64,000 bases of DNA from NCBI RefSeq assembly GCF_009914755.1, contig NC_060937.1; one strand, given 5' to 3'. The notes below the pieces were generated by a model. It saw only the letters and a list, made by a program, of their open reading frames with translations, did no database searches and had not been told where the DNA came from. This stretch comes from the human T2T-CHM13v2.0 reference genome, Homo sapiens. Positions within the stretch are counted from its first letter, which is position 1. Each line of letters begins with the position of its first letter. This document shows positions 28,901 to 42,534 of the stretch, piece after piece. The position numbers were made by a program, and so were the translations under genes.

Positions 28901-29349
28901 TAAGAAGCACCAGGTTCCATAAAGCATCTCTCACTAGTTACTGACTCTGTTTCAGGCATTGCAGAGGGGCTGGTGGCAAAAATTTTGATGAAAGATGCCC
29001 CTAACCTGGAAGAATTCCTAATACAATGGGGAAGTAGCTTTTTCTTTAAGTAACTAGTGTAAATGTGATAATCTAAGGGAGCACCAAAAAAGTACATTAC
29101 ATCTAAGGAATACAGCAAATCACTTCACCAAGGAGGTAATAGATGTTTAGATGTTTTAGATGTTCGCATATATTTTAATATGTACATGTGGAAAAAACAA
29201 TTGAAACAGCCTGAAAGACTACGTTTAACAGAATGAAAAAGTTTCTCCTCACGCCAACCCTCAGTCTTACTGGTCCTCTGTCATAAAGACAAGACTGCTC
29301 CCGGTTTCCTGTGGATTCTTGGAGAAAGCCTCCATGCATAGTCAGGTAC

Positions 29350-30410
29350 CTATGTCTACTCACTAGAAATTGTCTACCCCTCTCTTCTCAAACTTTTAAT
29401 ACTTTCTTTCTCGACTTCATTCTTAGATGTGGACTTTGCTAACTACCCTGAGAAAGAAGCACCCACATCTACCAGCCAGCTTACATCAGTGTGCATATCC
29501 TCAAGCTTTCCTTCTGTTTCTAAGACTGAATTGTTGATTCTTTTATCCCATTATCTAAGGGCATGCTCTAGATACCTTCTGGAGTCTCTAACTTCAGAAC
29601 TTTGTTTCAGCAATTATCCCACAGTCCAGTACAAACTATAATTTCTTTTGAATGGATCCTGTATGTCAGAAAAAAGAAAAAGAAAACAAATAAAAAAATC
29701 AAAAATCTATTTTAACCCTAAGTCCTACTCCAATTATCGCATTCTTTGCTCTTATTTATAGCAAAAATTCTTAAAATTGTATGATACTTGTTTCTCCCTT
29801 TTTATTTTCTATTCACTTATGAACTCACTCCAGTGAGGTTCCTTGCTCATTTCTCATTGAAACCGCTCTTGTCTATGTTAGTAATGATTTTCCTGTTACT
29901 AAATCCAACAGTGAATTCAGAGACCTAGTAACACTTTGTCATCTGCCCCCTTTTCTTCCTGAAGTCTCCTAAATTTGTATTGCTGCCCTATCATCTCCTG
30001 ATTTGTTGATCCAACTCCCTCCTCCATGCTCCAGCTGGATATCTAAAAGCTTTCTTAAATTTAACATGCCCAAAAGTGTCCTAATTACCTTTCTTCCCAA
30101 GCACCAACCTGTCCACCCTACACTCTCTCATCCCAGGAAATACCACCACCATGGTATTTCTGAAGTGAAGGCCAAAAACCTTCAATGTGTTGCTTGTTTT
30201 TCTCACACATTACCTGCAATCTGTCAACACCCCATCTACCTTAAAAATCAATTGAAAAACAGTCTATTCTCACTATCTTTCCTGTCACCACCTTGGTAAA
30301 ATCTACCATCATCTCAGACCCTTCTCCAATGACCTGTCAAGTCTCAACACTGAACCCAGAGTGAAACTTTTAAAAGAAAAGGTAGATAACTGTCATTTCC
30401 CTGACTCACC
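29350..30410 (+). mobile_element. L2 fragments
   Basis: Pyrimidine-rich L2 motifs: GAAACCGCTCTTGTC...CTAAATCCAA and CTTAAATTTAACATGCCCAAA; boundaries approximate. Confidence 0.65.
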
Positions 30411-31344
30411 TAGTAATGAAACTGTTAGAATTGTCCCATTTTTATTAACCTACTCTCATACTCTGATGTCTTGAAAAGAAGATTTGTTATGTCTTACACT
30501 TCATGACAATACATACTCTTCTTGCAGTACAATGATGATAGTGATGCTATTAAATGTTTCCCAGAAAGCACATTGCCAGTCATGTATATTTTTGACTAGT
30601 ATCCTAGTTTATTCCTAGATAAAACCTGGATGATAACATAATCCTCTGCATAATTGCTTGTGCACCTCAAATTTATACATATTAACAATTAGGATACACA
30701 TATGATGTCCATATCTACAAGTATCACTTTGGTAATGAGTTGAACAAAGCTGTGAGTATATCTTTTTTATAGAGAAACTTCCTAAGCATTCTTCTATATA
30801 CTCCCTGAAGGCTTAAATACTTGAAGTTACAGTCATGTCCACAAAGATATAGTCAGGCTGCACCCAAGGAAATGAGGTTAGGAAATAAATTTGGCCAAAA
30901 TATATTCAAAAGTACTAATCTGGAAGCCTAATGTAAGTAGGGGCATTTTCTAAAGGACTAATTTATTCATTTGCACATGGGTGTGATTTTTCTAAGTTGT
31001 GTGTGTGTGGGACCTAATCAGAATTTGAATTAAAAATATTTCTGTTGCCAGGCTAATATATTTCTCATACAATTATCATTCTGAGACTGAACTGTATCCA
31101 TTGTATTTAAATCCAGCTAAAATTTTTCATCGTATTCCTTCAGAGCTGCTTATAAATAACTAGATATGCAGTTAGAGTTGACAGATTAATTTGTTTTAAT
31201 AAGGGTAGTAACGTACCTGTTTGCCCAAAAAGAAACATTTTGCTGCGACAAAACCACATTATGCCATCTTGTCAGATAACTTCAAGATACTTTAAAAATG
31301 TATAGTCTGTCAATATTGATTCACAGAAGGCAATTATTGTAGGA

Positions 31345-31478
31345 AGTAAAGAAGGAAAAAAGAAAGGATGGAAGGGAGAGAGAAAGGAAGAAAGGAATGA
31401 AAAAAGGACAAAAGGAAGGGAGGGAGGGGGGAAGGAAGGAAGGAATAGAAGGAGGGAAGAAGGAAGGGAGGGAGGGAA
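31345..31478. repeat. GA-rich (GGAA/GGGA)n low-complexity tract
   Basis: About 130 nt that are almost purely purine. Confidence 0.9.
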
Positions 31479-32038
31479 TAACTTCAAATTGTAACCAAAT
31501 GCTGCAAAATGGATTCATTTTCTATATTAACTTACAAGCTATCCACGACCCAGTAGATATTGATATTATTTCTTCTATGCCACAGCGTGTTTTAATTATA
31601 TTATATTTTTAAAATTATAAAATAGTCCATCAAGGTGTGATTACAGTGCGTGAAAATGTGTCAATTCTGGTATCTCTGGTCGCCTCTTATTTGTACATAA
31701 AGCTACGCATTTCTGCATTCTGCAGGTTTCTCTTCCCTTCACGGTTTGCTTTTCTCTCTCCCTCTCACTTTAGTTTCACCCATTCCCTTTTTTATCCTTC
31801 TATCACGGACATTTTATCTGCTGTGTCTGTAACTGATAAAGAAAGCCACCGCATTTCATGGACAGGGCCACTTTAATCGTCCTTCAAAGCTAATGGCAGA
31901 GTGGTGATACTGTGAATTACACTGTCTGCTTGTCTTTCTAGACTTTATCCACTTTTAACCGTGATCTCTGGTGAATTCTTGAACTACAGAGCCAGCTTCT
32001 ACCTCTTTCCTTTTCTTCTCTGTGCTTTTGTTTCACAG

Positions 32039-32055
32039 GAATGATTTTGTTCTTG
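32039..32055 (+). other. Candidate 17-nt microexon (GAATGATTTTGTTCTTG), or the 3' end of an alternative first exon
   Basis: About 40-nt AG-free polypyrimidine tract ending TTTCACAG, followed after 17 nt by TTG|GTAAGT. Confidence 0.55.
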
Positions 32056-32739
32056 GTAAGTGCTAAGGAAAGCAGTGATTGATGCCACTTCTATATTAGT
32101 ATAATTGCTTTCGTAATTAAAACAATACGACATGACCTTCCTTGCTAGTTTGAATTGTGACATCTGTAGGTATATATATAGACACAGATGAGAAAGAGAA
32201 AATAACAAGAAAATTAAATTTAAAAACCCAGTGTACCTTAACAGCCCTTTTGTACTCAGAATTATATATATCCTTCTGTTGAATTTTAGCATGTATGCAC
32301 ACCTAACACATGGTTTGTCATATTTATCCAGTTCCTGCTCCTTAAAATGTAGGTACTTTTGTAAGATGCATTAACTCAATTCCCTAAGTACGTTAGTACC
32401 AGTCACTAAAGTACTCTGAAAATCTCAAAGTGTTAACGCATCTTTGAAAAGTGAAATATTGCTGAAGAGTATTGGTGACTTATAAAAATCTGGGTCAGTT
32501 TAACTGTGTAGAGAAGCTCATCTAAGCAGGGCTTCACTGAATGGCATATACAAACATTTCTCTGTTGTCTATGATGAGGTACAAAAAAACCCTAAAAATG
32601 TGAAATGTTATAAATAACTAGAGAAAAAGCCAAGGGGGGATGCATGTAACATTGTACAGAACAGACATGAGCTCTGAAATTAAAAAAAAAAAAAAACTTT
32701 TGGAAGCTCACATAAGAATTAGCACTAAGGACTGTGTAG

Positions 32740-32950
32740 ACAAATGACTGGGATCAATTCTACCTAATCTTGCTGAGCTAACTTGGACAAGTGTTTCATC
32801 TCTCTGAATCTCAACTTTTACAGTTCTGAAATAGGGGCATATAGAAGATCTGATCAGTAGGTGATTTGGAAGAATTTTAAAAAATAAATGCATTGAGATG
32901 CACAAAGCACACTAGATGGAAATTATTAAGTGCTCAATAAAAGGCAGCCT
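32740..32950 (+). mobile_element. MIR
   Basis: ACTTGGACAAGTG...CTCTCTGAATCTCA...TAAGTGCTCAATAAA. Confidence 0.7.
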
Positions 32951-33529
32951 TTATTAATGCTGTTTAACTGTTAAGATCTGATTAGAATCAAGTACAGTAC
33001 TTCTACTGAGCACCTGGGGGAAATGATTCCTTATCGTGTAAGCCAGATCACCAAAGAACGCTTGCCTAGAGCTTTAAAAAAATTGCTACTTGCACATAAA
33101 ATCAATCTTTGTTTTCTACTTAATATTTTTAGCTATGGTTTTAAAAGGACTGATCAGTTCGTACATGCCTTTTTTCAAGGAGGAGGGAGGCAATGAGAAA
33201 AGGTGATTGTTAAACTGTTACCTTGACAACAAAGAGAACCAATGGTGAAATAAGCAAAAAGACATTCTTAGCAGTAACTCAGCTTCTGTAAGTTTTGCTA
33301 AAAACAGTCAATACTATTTAATTGATCTTACAGAGCTTTTTCTTTCGAAGATTACTACTGCAGAGATTTACTAAAGGAATCTGAAAAAATAAAAGTTGAG
33401 AATAATGTTAATTTCACTTTAATGGATCTCAATTTTCTCAGCTTGTGTATGTGTAATTCTTTGAAATTACCAAAACACTGACATATTTTTATTTTAACAT
33501 TATAATACCTAACACATATATCATATTCT

Positions 33530-33750
33530 ATTTTTCAGAGACTATGTGAAACGGCTTACTTGTGATTAATGCATTTAATCATTAATAATGGGACTTTAAA
33601 GAAGATATAATTATTATCTTTTTTCACATTTGAGGAAACTGAGGCAACAGAGGCTAAGTAGCTTGCTCAAATTTCCATAGCAAGTAAAGAACAGAGTTAT
33701 AATTTGAACTCTGGTAGTCTAGCTCTAGAGTTTCCTAACCATTGCTCTGC
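33530..33750 (-). mobile_element. MIR
   Basis: TGAGGAAACTGAGGCAACAGAGGCTAAGTAGCTTGCTCAA core. Confidence 0.75.
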
Positions 33751-33886
33751 TAGTATCAGAGAAGTATAAAGTAACAGAAGGGAAAGTGTGGGTTATTTGG
33801 TGATTTTCCAATATCTGGGTTATTTGGTGGTTTCCCCAAATTACATTTGTTCATGTAACATTTTTATTCATTGAAACTAGAAATGT

Positions 33887-34201
33887 GGCCGGGCGCAGTG
33901 GTTCGCGCCTGTAAACCTAGCACTTTGGGAGGCCGAGGCGGGCGGATCGCTTAAGGTCAGGAGTTCGAAACGAGCTTGGTCATCATGGTGAAACCCCGTC
34001 TCTACTAAAAATACAAAAAATTAGCTGGGCGTGGTGGTGGGCACCTATAATCCCAGCTTTTCAGGAGGCTGAGGCAAAAGAATCGCTTGAACCTGGCAGG
34101 CAGAGGTTACAGTGAGCCGATATCGTGCCACCCCACTCCAGCCTGGGTGACAGAGCAAGACTCCATCTCAAAAAAAAAAAAAAAGAAAAAAGAAAAGAAA
34201 A
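33887..34201 (+). mobile_element. AluS (Sx-like), full length, with TSD
   Basis: GGCCGGGCGCAGTGG...poly-A/(GAAAA)n; TSD GAAA(C/A)TAGAAATGT at 33873-33886 and 34202-34215. Confidence 0.95.
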
Positions 34202-34244
34202 GAAAATAGAAATGTGGTTCACCTTTGCCTGAAAGAAAAACCCA

Positions 34245-34540
34245 GGTCAGGTGTGGTTGCTCGTGCCTGCAATCCCAGAACTTTGGGAGGCTGAGGTGGG
34301 TGGATCACTTGAGCAGAGGAGTTTGAGACCAGCCTGGGCAAAACCTCATCTCTACAAAAAATTTTAACAAATTAGTCAGGCATGGTGGCATGCACCTGTA
34401 GTCCTAGCTTCAGAGGCTGAGGAGGGAGGATCACTTGAGCAAGGGAAGTCAAGGTTCACAGTGAGCCATGTTCATACCACTGCACCTCAGCCTGGGTGAC
34501 AGAGTGGGACCCTATCTCAAAACAACAACAACAACCAAAC
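34245..34540 (+). mobile_element. AluJ
   Basis: GGATCACTTGAGC...GAGTTTGAGACCAGCCTGGGC; (CAA)n tail. Confidence 0.9.
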
Positions 34541-37500
34541 ACATCCATATTATAACAGTGTTGTTCTTTCGATTGTCTTACTTGAAGTTATTGATGTTGG
34601 TGACTATGTCTTAATATTGAAAGTGATTCCAGATCTCTCATCTTTGAAAATCGTTTTTTTCCCAGTTAAGAGTTTTGTACATGAGTTTTATGGTTTAAGC
34701 ATCCAAGCCTGTCTTTATTTTAGAATCTTCTAAAACTTACAAAGCACAGGAAGAAAGAAAAGAATATGAGAATCAAGAATTTATATATCCTATACTGTAA
34801 AATAAGTAATCTATGTGTTGTTAATTCAATGAAATAATGAATTTTCTCCTAAAGGATGAAAGTTCATTTTTTATTATATTTGGTACTTTATGATTTCTAG
34901 TTATATTTATTCCATTTAAAAACTAATGTGTGATAACTAACATGTAAAACCTTCTTATATTATATAAATTTTATATTTTTTATGGATTGATTTGCAATAG
35001 GTATCCCAGGAATCACAACTGACAGTTGGAGTTTCACATATAATTTAAGATATTAAACACTGGCAGTGGCAGTTTATTCAAACTTTTTTGGAGACTTCAC
35101 AGTGATGCTAAATCTTACAAAAGAAATAATATATTTTATGATTATTATCTGTATGACAATTTTTAGGGTGATCTTGGTCATGATTTTAATAAAAATCCAA
35201 AGCAAACACTTAGAAAACAAGGAAAAAAATAGCAGGGAATGGGAATTGATATATCGATATTTGCTATGCTTACTTTCAATAATATTTCTAATACAAATAC
35301 GAATTATAAGTTAATAACAATAAAGCTATATGTTTTTTTTTCATTTCCATTGGTATGTGTATGTTTCTGTGCATGTACACACACAATCCACTTAGTAACA
35401 TATGCTAGAATTATTACAATAAATACTACTAGTAGATGCATACTGGAACCTAATATGTATATCTCTATTAAAATTTTATCAATAACTCCTGAATAATGCA
35501 TTTATTAGGACTCATGTTACAATGTAACTGGTAATTTACTGCATACAATGTGATAAATGACAAAATTTGAGCCCTTCAGGATCACTTTGTATGTGTCATT
35601 AGCAATTCACTTCACATTCTTACCTATACAAAATATCTTAAACCACTTAACAGTTTTCTAAAGCGAGCTAAAGCTCAAGTTATTAATATCTTTATTGAAA
35701 TATAGATCTCAACATCTCCTTGGGGACTAGTAAAGCTTCTTTCATAATGCTACAAAGAAAAAAGCAAATTTTGAAGGAACATATCTGGCTCTCTATCTCC
35801 TGTGGATATGCAGGTCTCTGTATGTTTGCATAAGTTTGCCGTTATCAAACAACACTGCCTTGAACGGTTGTCTTAATAAAAGATACAAAACTCCTTAATT
35901 CTTTGATCTTGATATGTGTATAGCAACAATAAACTTTTAATTTCTATTTAAAATTTCCAAAATCAAAATGTTTTCATTCACTTAGCTTTGTTTAATGTCA
36001 GCATTTAAGGAAATTGACTCTGACAACAAATGCATTCAATATATTATTGTGAATCTAGACATAACTAACCTTTGAATATTTTCATCATCATGACTAAATT
36101 TAGTCAGCTCACATGTTTACATCCATGTCTCATTTTGACTTACCTATCTGCATGGGCAAACCACAGTGTGAATTAGAAAACACAGCTCCATGGCACACAG
36201 AACACAAAGACTGTCTCCGATTAATAAGATAGCTCTTATTTCTCTGGGTTTATACTGCTATCTGTTTTGAAGGCAGGAATTTCAATGGATAAAATGAAGA
36301 AACCATAGAAAAACAGATAAATTCACTTCTTCTATCTAACGTACTGATCTGAAGCAGGGTACAATAGATGGAGCTATGACTAACACAAGGTATAGTAGCT
36401 ATCCAATAAATATCTGCCAAATTAAAATTATGAAAATTATGTGTAGTCAATATTACAAAAAAGCCTTTACTATTATGACAAGATATTAAGTAAACTAAAA
36501 ATCATTTAAACTATTATATGAAATATATCATAATACAAACATTAATAATGGTTTATGGTTTTATGTTGATAGTTTGTTATAATTTTAAAACATACAGACA
36601 CAGTTTAATAGGCATAAATTTTATGTTGATAAAATTATTTCAATGGCTACAATTGAAATGTAAATGGGGTTGATATGTCCTGGCTCTTACCACTATCACT
36701 GAGTCATCAAGGGCATCTTAGGCTGGGAGTCACTACAACCTACTCTCTCTTTCTTCCAAATGTGAAATTCCAGAGTTCTTAAATTTTGGTCGCTAAGGTT
36801 TCTGTCCTTAGTACTAATGAATTCTGAGGTGGAGCAGAAGACATTACCTAGAGTCTCCTTGAATGAATTTCAATGTTATCCCAAGAATAATTGACAGTGT
36901 GTCTACAGCTGCAATTTTCTCTATGGGTTAATGTTATCTTGGGACACTCTGTCACAATAGATAGGTTAAAAATATATAACCAATCCAATTAGATGATGTA
37001 TAAGGACTTCCAGACTGGTAGAAGAGATTAGTTATATAAAATTTCTGAGAAAAAGGAATCACTGAATATAACAACATGCTTTTCTCATTATACAAGTGCT
37101 ATATGCTCACAGCACAGAGGAAAGCATTTGTTGTTGGTTGTAGAGACTATCTAGATACAAGATTAGCAAATATCTGCCAGTTTTGCTAAAAGAGACCATA
37201 TGTATAAAGCACACTTGCTGGCACATAGTAGATGCACAAAATATGTTAATTACCTTCTTGCAGCCCTGCTGTCACTGTGACCTAAAGATAGCTTTGCAGA
37301 AAATGTGTTTCCTTATAAGGACTTTCATTATGATATTTTACTACATACTATTCAATTCATAAACAATAACTTAAAACTTCTATATTTTTGTATGTAAGGT
37401 GCCATATTCTCATATGTAAGAACTTACCCCTTCTGAGACCAACCATTTGGAAGTAACATACTATTTTTTACAGCTTTCCAATTTTTCATTCACAAATGTA

Positions 37501-39129
37501 TTCTTGTCCTCATTTGTCTTCCTCTTCTCCCTTTCACAATATTTTCTTATCTTTATCTTTCCTATGCCCACACAAAGTAGAGAAAAGAGAATGCAATAAA
37601 CATGTATTTGATACGAATTCTATTTAGTAATGAACCCTCAAAATGGTCTCCTGTCAGAAGAGAATCATATTTAGCTCACCAATAAAGCCACACAGCTGTA
37701 CGCCCAGAAAGGGAGATGTAAGACCTACTTTTCACTAAAAAAACTGCAAACAATTGTTTGATGTGAATATTGCCACAAAGCATTCACGACCACATTGCCT
37801 TTCACCATATCTCTTCTACCTATCTTTAAATTCTGACTCCAGAATTCACCTCTAAGTCTCTTCCCTAACTGAGCCCTGTCTTCCGATTTGTCCCTTGGAC
37901 TTTATCTTTTGTTGTTCTTTGAGTTAACTCTGGTTTTCCACAGTTTTAGGTTGAATGTTGTTTCTTACTCTTTCAGCCTTCAGCCCTCTCCATTGTGCCC
38001 CTTCCTTGGTGAGAACTGGGTACTCTCTCTATCTTTAAAGGTCTTCTTAAATATTTTCTAAGACAAATGCCCTAGAATCATACCTGACCTCACTTATAAC
38101 ACCCCCCTATCTTTATAAAGCCAAAAAGTTTGTTTATTGTTCAAGTTTTCCTGATGTATCCTAGAAGTTTGTTTTGAGTTTGTTCATTGTTAGTTACAAA
38201 TCTGAAGTATCACCACCACTTATCTGAAGGCTCCTCCCTCAACAGGAAAATTACATTTTAAAAAATCACTAAAATATTATATGATGTTAGTAATACACAA
38301 ATTGTTAGACTTTATTACATAGAGATAGATAAAAGACTATTTTCTTATAAAGAGAATTGCTAGTAGAATTACTTTTATATATGACGTTTCAATCTTGTTA
38401 TTCCATTTGATGATTTGCAATCCTAATTAACTGTAACTACATGAAATTATCATCAGATTAACTAAAAACATTAATATAAATTTAAGTAAATGAGAAAGAC
38501 GAGTATACATTCTCAATAGTGGAGATGAGTTATATTCCCAATGTCTTAAAAGGTTTCAATAATATCTCTGTCACAAAGTGGACATAATGTATAATTCTGA
38601 CATGTCCATGCTTTAAAGCCCAGCAAACTAGATGCCTGTCTCTCTTCCATATTCACCTAAGAAGGCAAATATCTTCTTGTGTATAAGTAACATTGTTTTA
38701 GTATCACAAACCAGGAGTGTTATCAGGAGACTAATATCCAAAAATGTTGTGAGGAAGGGAGGTATAATGTTAACATGATGGTACTAATGTTGCTTCAACC
38801 CTCAGCTCATCAAATGAATAGCTCTGTAGAAACATTACTTCTTAAGATGTAAAGATCCTTAGGCCATACTCAGTTAAATAAGTAGGTGAATTACCCTTAT
38901 GGATAATTCATTTTTGTTAACTCTCCTAAGTTTTTATTCAATGATATGAGTTATAGAGTGACTAATCCAATAGTAATTTTACTTAAACAATTAATAAAGC
39001 TATTTTACTTATTTTAGTTACTAGGAGGAATGCAGAGTAGAAATTTTGACATTAAGAGACTAAGCAGTTCAATGTGCATGTCTGTCTAACGAGACAATAT
39101 GACAGGACCACACATTTTATTAGGAAAGT

Positions 39130-39660
39130 TTTGTTAAAAGCATGTATTCTAGAGTCAGACATACCTGAAGGGTCTGGATGCCACTTATTTATAAGCTATA
39201 TGGCTTGGGCAACTTATTTTCTGAAACTCAGTTTGCTCACCTATAAAACTGAATAATAATATCTAATTAATACGATTATTGTGAAGACTAAATGGGATCA
39301 TACACATTCAAGCACTTGGCATGTACATTATAAATGTAAATCTCATTGTAGGCTATGATTATGGTCTTTCATGTGAATTTATGCTTACCTAAATTATATG
39401 ATATTTGAGATGAACTGTGGACAAGACATAGATATCAAAAGATGGCAATCCAACAGACATTTTGGGTTTGAATTATTTCAGACTTACTGGCTGTATGGTA
39501 TTAGGCAAATTGCTTTGCCTCTCTGTGGCTTTGTTTTCTTGTTAAAAAGGCAGAGATAATAATACCTAACTCTGAGAGTGTTTGTGAAGATTAAAATAAT
39601 TAATATGTAAGACACTTATAGTGTTTTACATATTATGTTTTCTACAGAAGTTGATGATTA
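39130..39660 (+). mobile_element. Two tandem MIR copies (about 39130-39330 and 39450-39660)
   Basis: TTGGGCAACTTA...CTCAGTTTGCTCACCTATAAAA and TTAGGCAAATTGCTT...GTGAAGATTAAA. Confidence 0.7.
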
Positions 39661-41475
39661 TTGTTATCAATATAAATCACATGCAAATCATAATTGAATC
39701 CACATCCCACAGGGATTAGCTTCAAGAAAAGATAAGGTGATAAAAATCATGCTTTATCTATCCTCATCCTCTTAAATTGTACAAACTTGGCTTATTTTGC
39801 ATAAACTCGTAATTCTCTTCAGGATGATCTCAGATGATCGTGATACTCTACCAAGGCATGATTATGAGTACAGGCATACCTCTTTTTATTGTACTTCCCC
39901 TTACTGTGCTTCCCAGATGCTACATTTTTTACAAATTGATAGTTTGTGGCAAGCCTGCATTGAGCAAGTATAGCAGCACCATTTCTGCAGCAGGATGTGC
40001 TTACTTCTGTCTCTGTGTCACATTTTGTTAATTCTTTCAATATTTTAAATGTTTGGTGCATTATTATTATCTCTGTTATGGTGACGTGGGATCGGTGACC
40101 TTTGATGTTACTGTTGTCAGAATTTTGGAGGACCACAAGCCATGCCCATATTAGACAGTGAACTTAATAAATGTTGTGTGGGTTCTGACTGCTCCACCAA
40201 CTAGCCATTCCCCAGCCTTTCTTTATTTCCTTGGACCCTCCTATTCTCTAAAACAAAGCAATATTGAAATTAGGCCAGTTAGTAAGCCTACAATGGCCTC
40301 TAAGCAATCACGTAAAAGGAGGAATCACAAGCCTCTCACTTTAAATCAAAAGCTAGAAATGACTGTGCTTACTGACAAAAGGCATGTTGAAGGCTGAGGC
40401 AGGTAAAAAGCTAGGCCTCTTGTGCCAAACAATTAGCAAGTTATGAATGCAAAGGGAAAGTTATTGAAGGAAATTAGAAGTGTTAGTCCAGGGAACACAC
40501 AAATGATTTTAAAAACTGAAACAGGCCTATTGCTGATATGGAGAAGGTTTTAGTTGTCTGGTTAAAAGATCAAACTGGCCACAACTTTTCTTTAAGCCAA
40601 AACCTAATCTAGAGCAAAGCCCTAATTATCTTCAATTCTAAGAAGACTAAGAGGGGTGATAAGCCGCAAAAGAAAAATTTGAAGCTAGCAAGTATTTGCT
40701 CATGAGATTTAAGGAAAGATGTTTTCATAACATAAAAGTACAAGGCGAAGCAGCAAGTGCTGATGGAGAAGCTGCAACAAGTTAGCCAGAAGATATAGCT
40801 AAGATAATTGATGACAATGGCTACACTAAAAAACAGATTTTCAACGTAGATAAAACAGCCTCTGTTGGAAGATGATGAAATCTAGAACTTGTATAGTTAG
40901 AAAGGAGAAGTCAATGCCTGGGTTCAAAGCATCAAAGAACAGGTTAACTCTCTTATTAGGGGCTAACACAGCTAGTGACTTTCAGTTAAACCAATGGTCA
41001 TTTAACATCCCCAAAATCCTATGGCCCTTAAGAATTATGCTAAATCTACTCTGTCTGTGCTCTAGAAATGGAACAAGAAAGGCTGAATGAAAGCCTATCT
41101 TTTGAGAGCATGGTTTAGTGACTATTTCAAGCCCACCATTGAGACTCTGTGCTCAGGAAAAAACATATCCTTTCCAAATATTACTGCTTATGGACAATGT
41201 ATGTGATTATTCAAGAGCTCTGACTGAAATGTAGAAGCAGATTAATGTTTTCATGCCTGCTAACACAACATCCATTCTGCAGCTCATGGATCAAGAAGAA
41301 ATTTTGGCTTCCCGGTCATATTATTTAAGAATTATTTTTCATAAGTCTAGATCTGCCACACACAGTGATTCCTCTGATGGATCTGTAAACAGTAAATTTA
41401 AAATCTTCTGGAAAGGATTCACCATTCTTGATGCCATTAAGATCATTTGTGACTCATGGGAAGAGGTCAAAATAC

Positions 41476-42059
41476 TGAGAGGTGAAGCCAGCTGGACTTC
41501 CTGGGTCGAGTGGGGACTTGGAGAACTTTTCTATCTAGCTAGAGGATTGTAAATGCACCAATCAGCACTCTGTGTCTAGCTAAAGGATTGTAAATGCACC
41601 AATCAGCAATCTGTAAAAATGCACCAATCAGCTCCCTGTGTCTAGCTAAAGGATTGTAAATTCACCAATCAGCACTCTGTAAAAATGTGCCCATCAGTGC
41701 TCTGTGTCTACCTAAAGAATTGTAAACACACCAATCAGCACTCTGTAAAATGGACTAATCAGCACTCTGTAAAATGGACCAATCAGTGCTCTGTAAAATA
41801 GACCAATCAGCAGGACGTGGGCAGGGACAAATAAGGGAATAAAAGCTGACCACCCCAGCCGGCAGTGGCAACCCGCTCGGGTCCCTTTCCATGGTGTGGA
41901 AGCTTTGTTCTTTCACTCTTCACAATAAATCCTGCTGCTGCTCACTCTTTGGGTCTGCACCACATTTAAGAGCTGAAACACTCGCCACGAAGGTCCACAG
42001 CTTCATTCTTGAAGTCAGTGAGACCAAGAACCCACCAGAAGGAACCAACTCCTAACACA
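41476..42059 (+). mobile_element. Solo LTR12 (ERV9 family, short LTR12F-like form)
   Basis: TG...CA ends, 4-bp TSD ATAC (41472-41475 and 42060-42063), tandem CACCAATCAGCACTCTG repeats, AATAAAAG TATA-like box, AATAAA poly-A signal. Confidence 0.93.
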
Positions 42060-42534
42060 ATACCAACATTAACAGGAGTTTGGACAATGTTGATTCCAAC
42101 TCTCACAGATTACTTTGAGAGGTTCAAGATTTTAGTGGAGGAAGGAACTGCAGATGTGGTGGGAATAGCTAGAGAACTAGAATTAGAAGTGGAGCCTGAA
42201 GATGTGACTGAATTGCTGCAGTCTCATGATAAAAACTTAAACAGATGAGAAATTGATTTTTATGGATGAGCAAAGAAGGTGGTTTCTTGAGATGGAATCT
42301 ACTCCTGGTGAAGATACTGAGAACATTGTTGAAATAACAAAATTCTAGAGTAGTACATAAACTATGTTGAAATAACAGTGGCAGGTTTTGAGAAGTTTGA
42401 TTTCAATTTTTAAAGAAGTTCTACTATTGGCAAAGTGCTATCAAACAGCATCACACTCTACAGAGAAATCTTTCTTGAAAGGTAGAATCAGTTAATGCAA
42501 CAAACATCTTTGTTGTCTTATTTTAAGAAATTGC

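Noticed and set aside
41540-41815. Repeat array as a CRISPR-like structure
   Set aside because: These are the normal tandem CCAAT enhancer repeats of LTR12, with no unique spacers, in eukaryotic DNA
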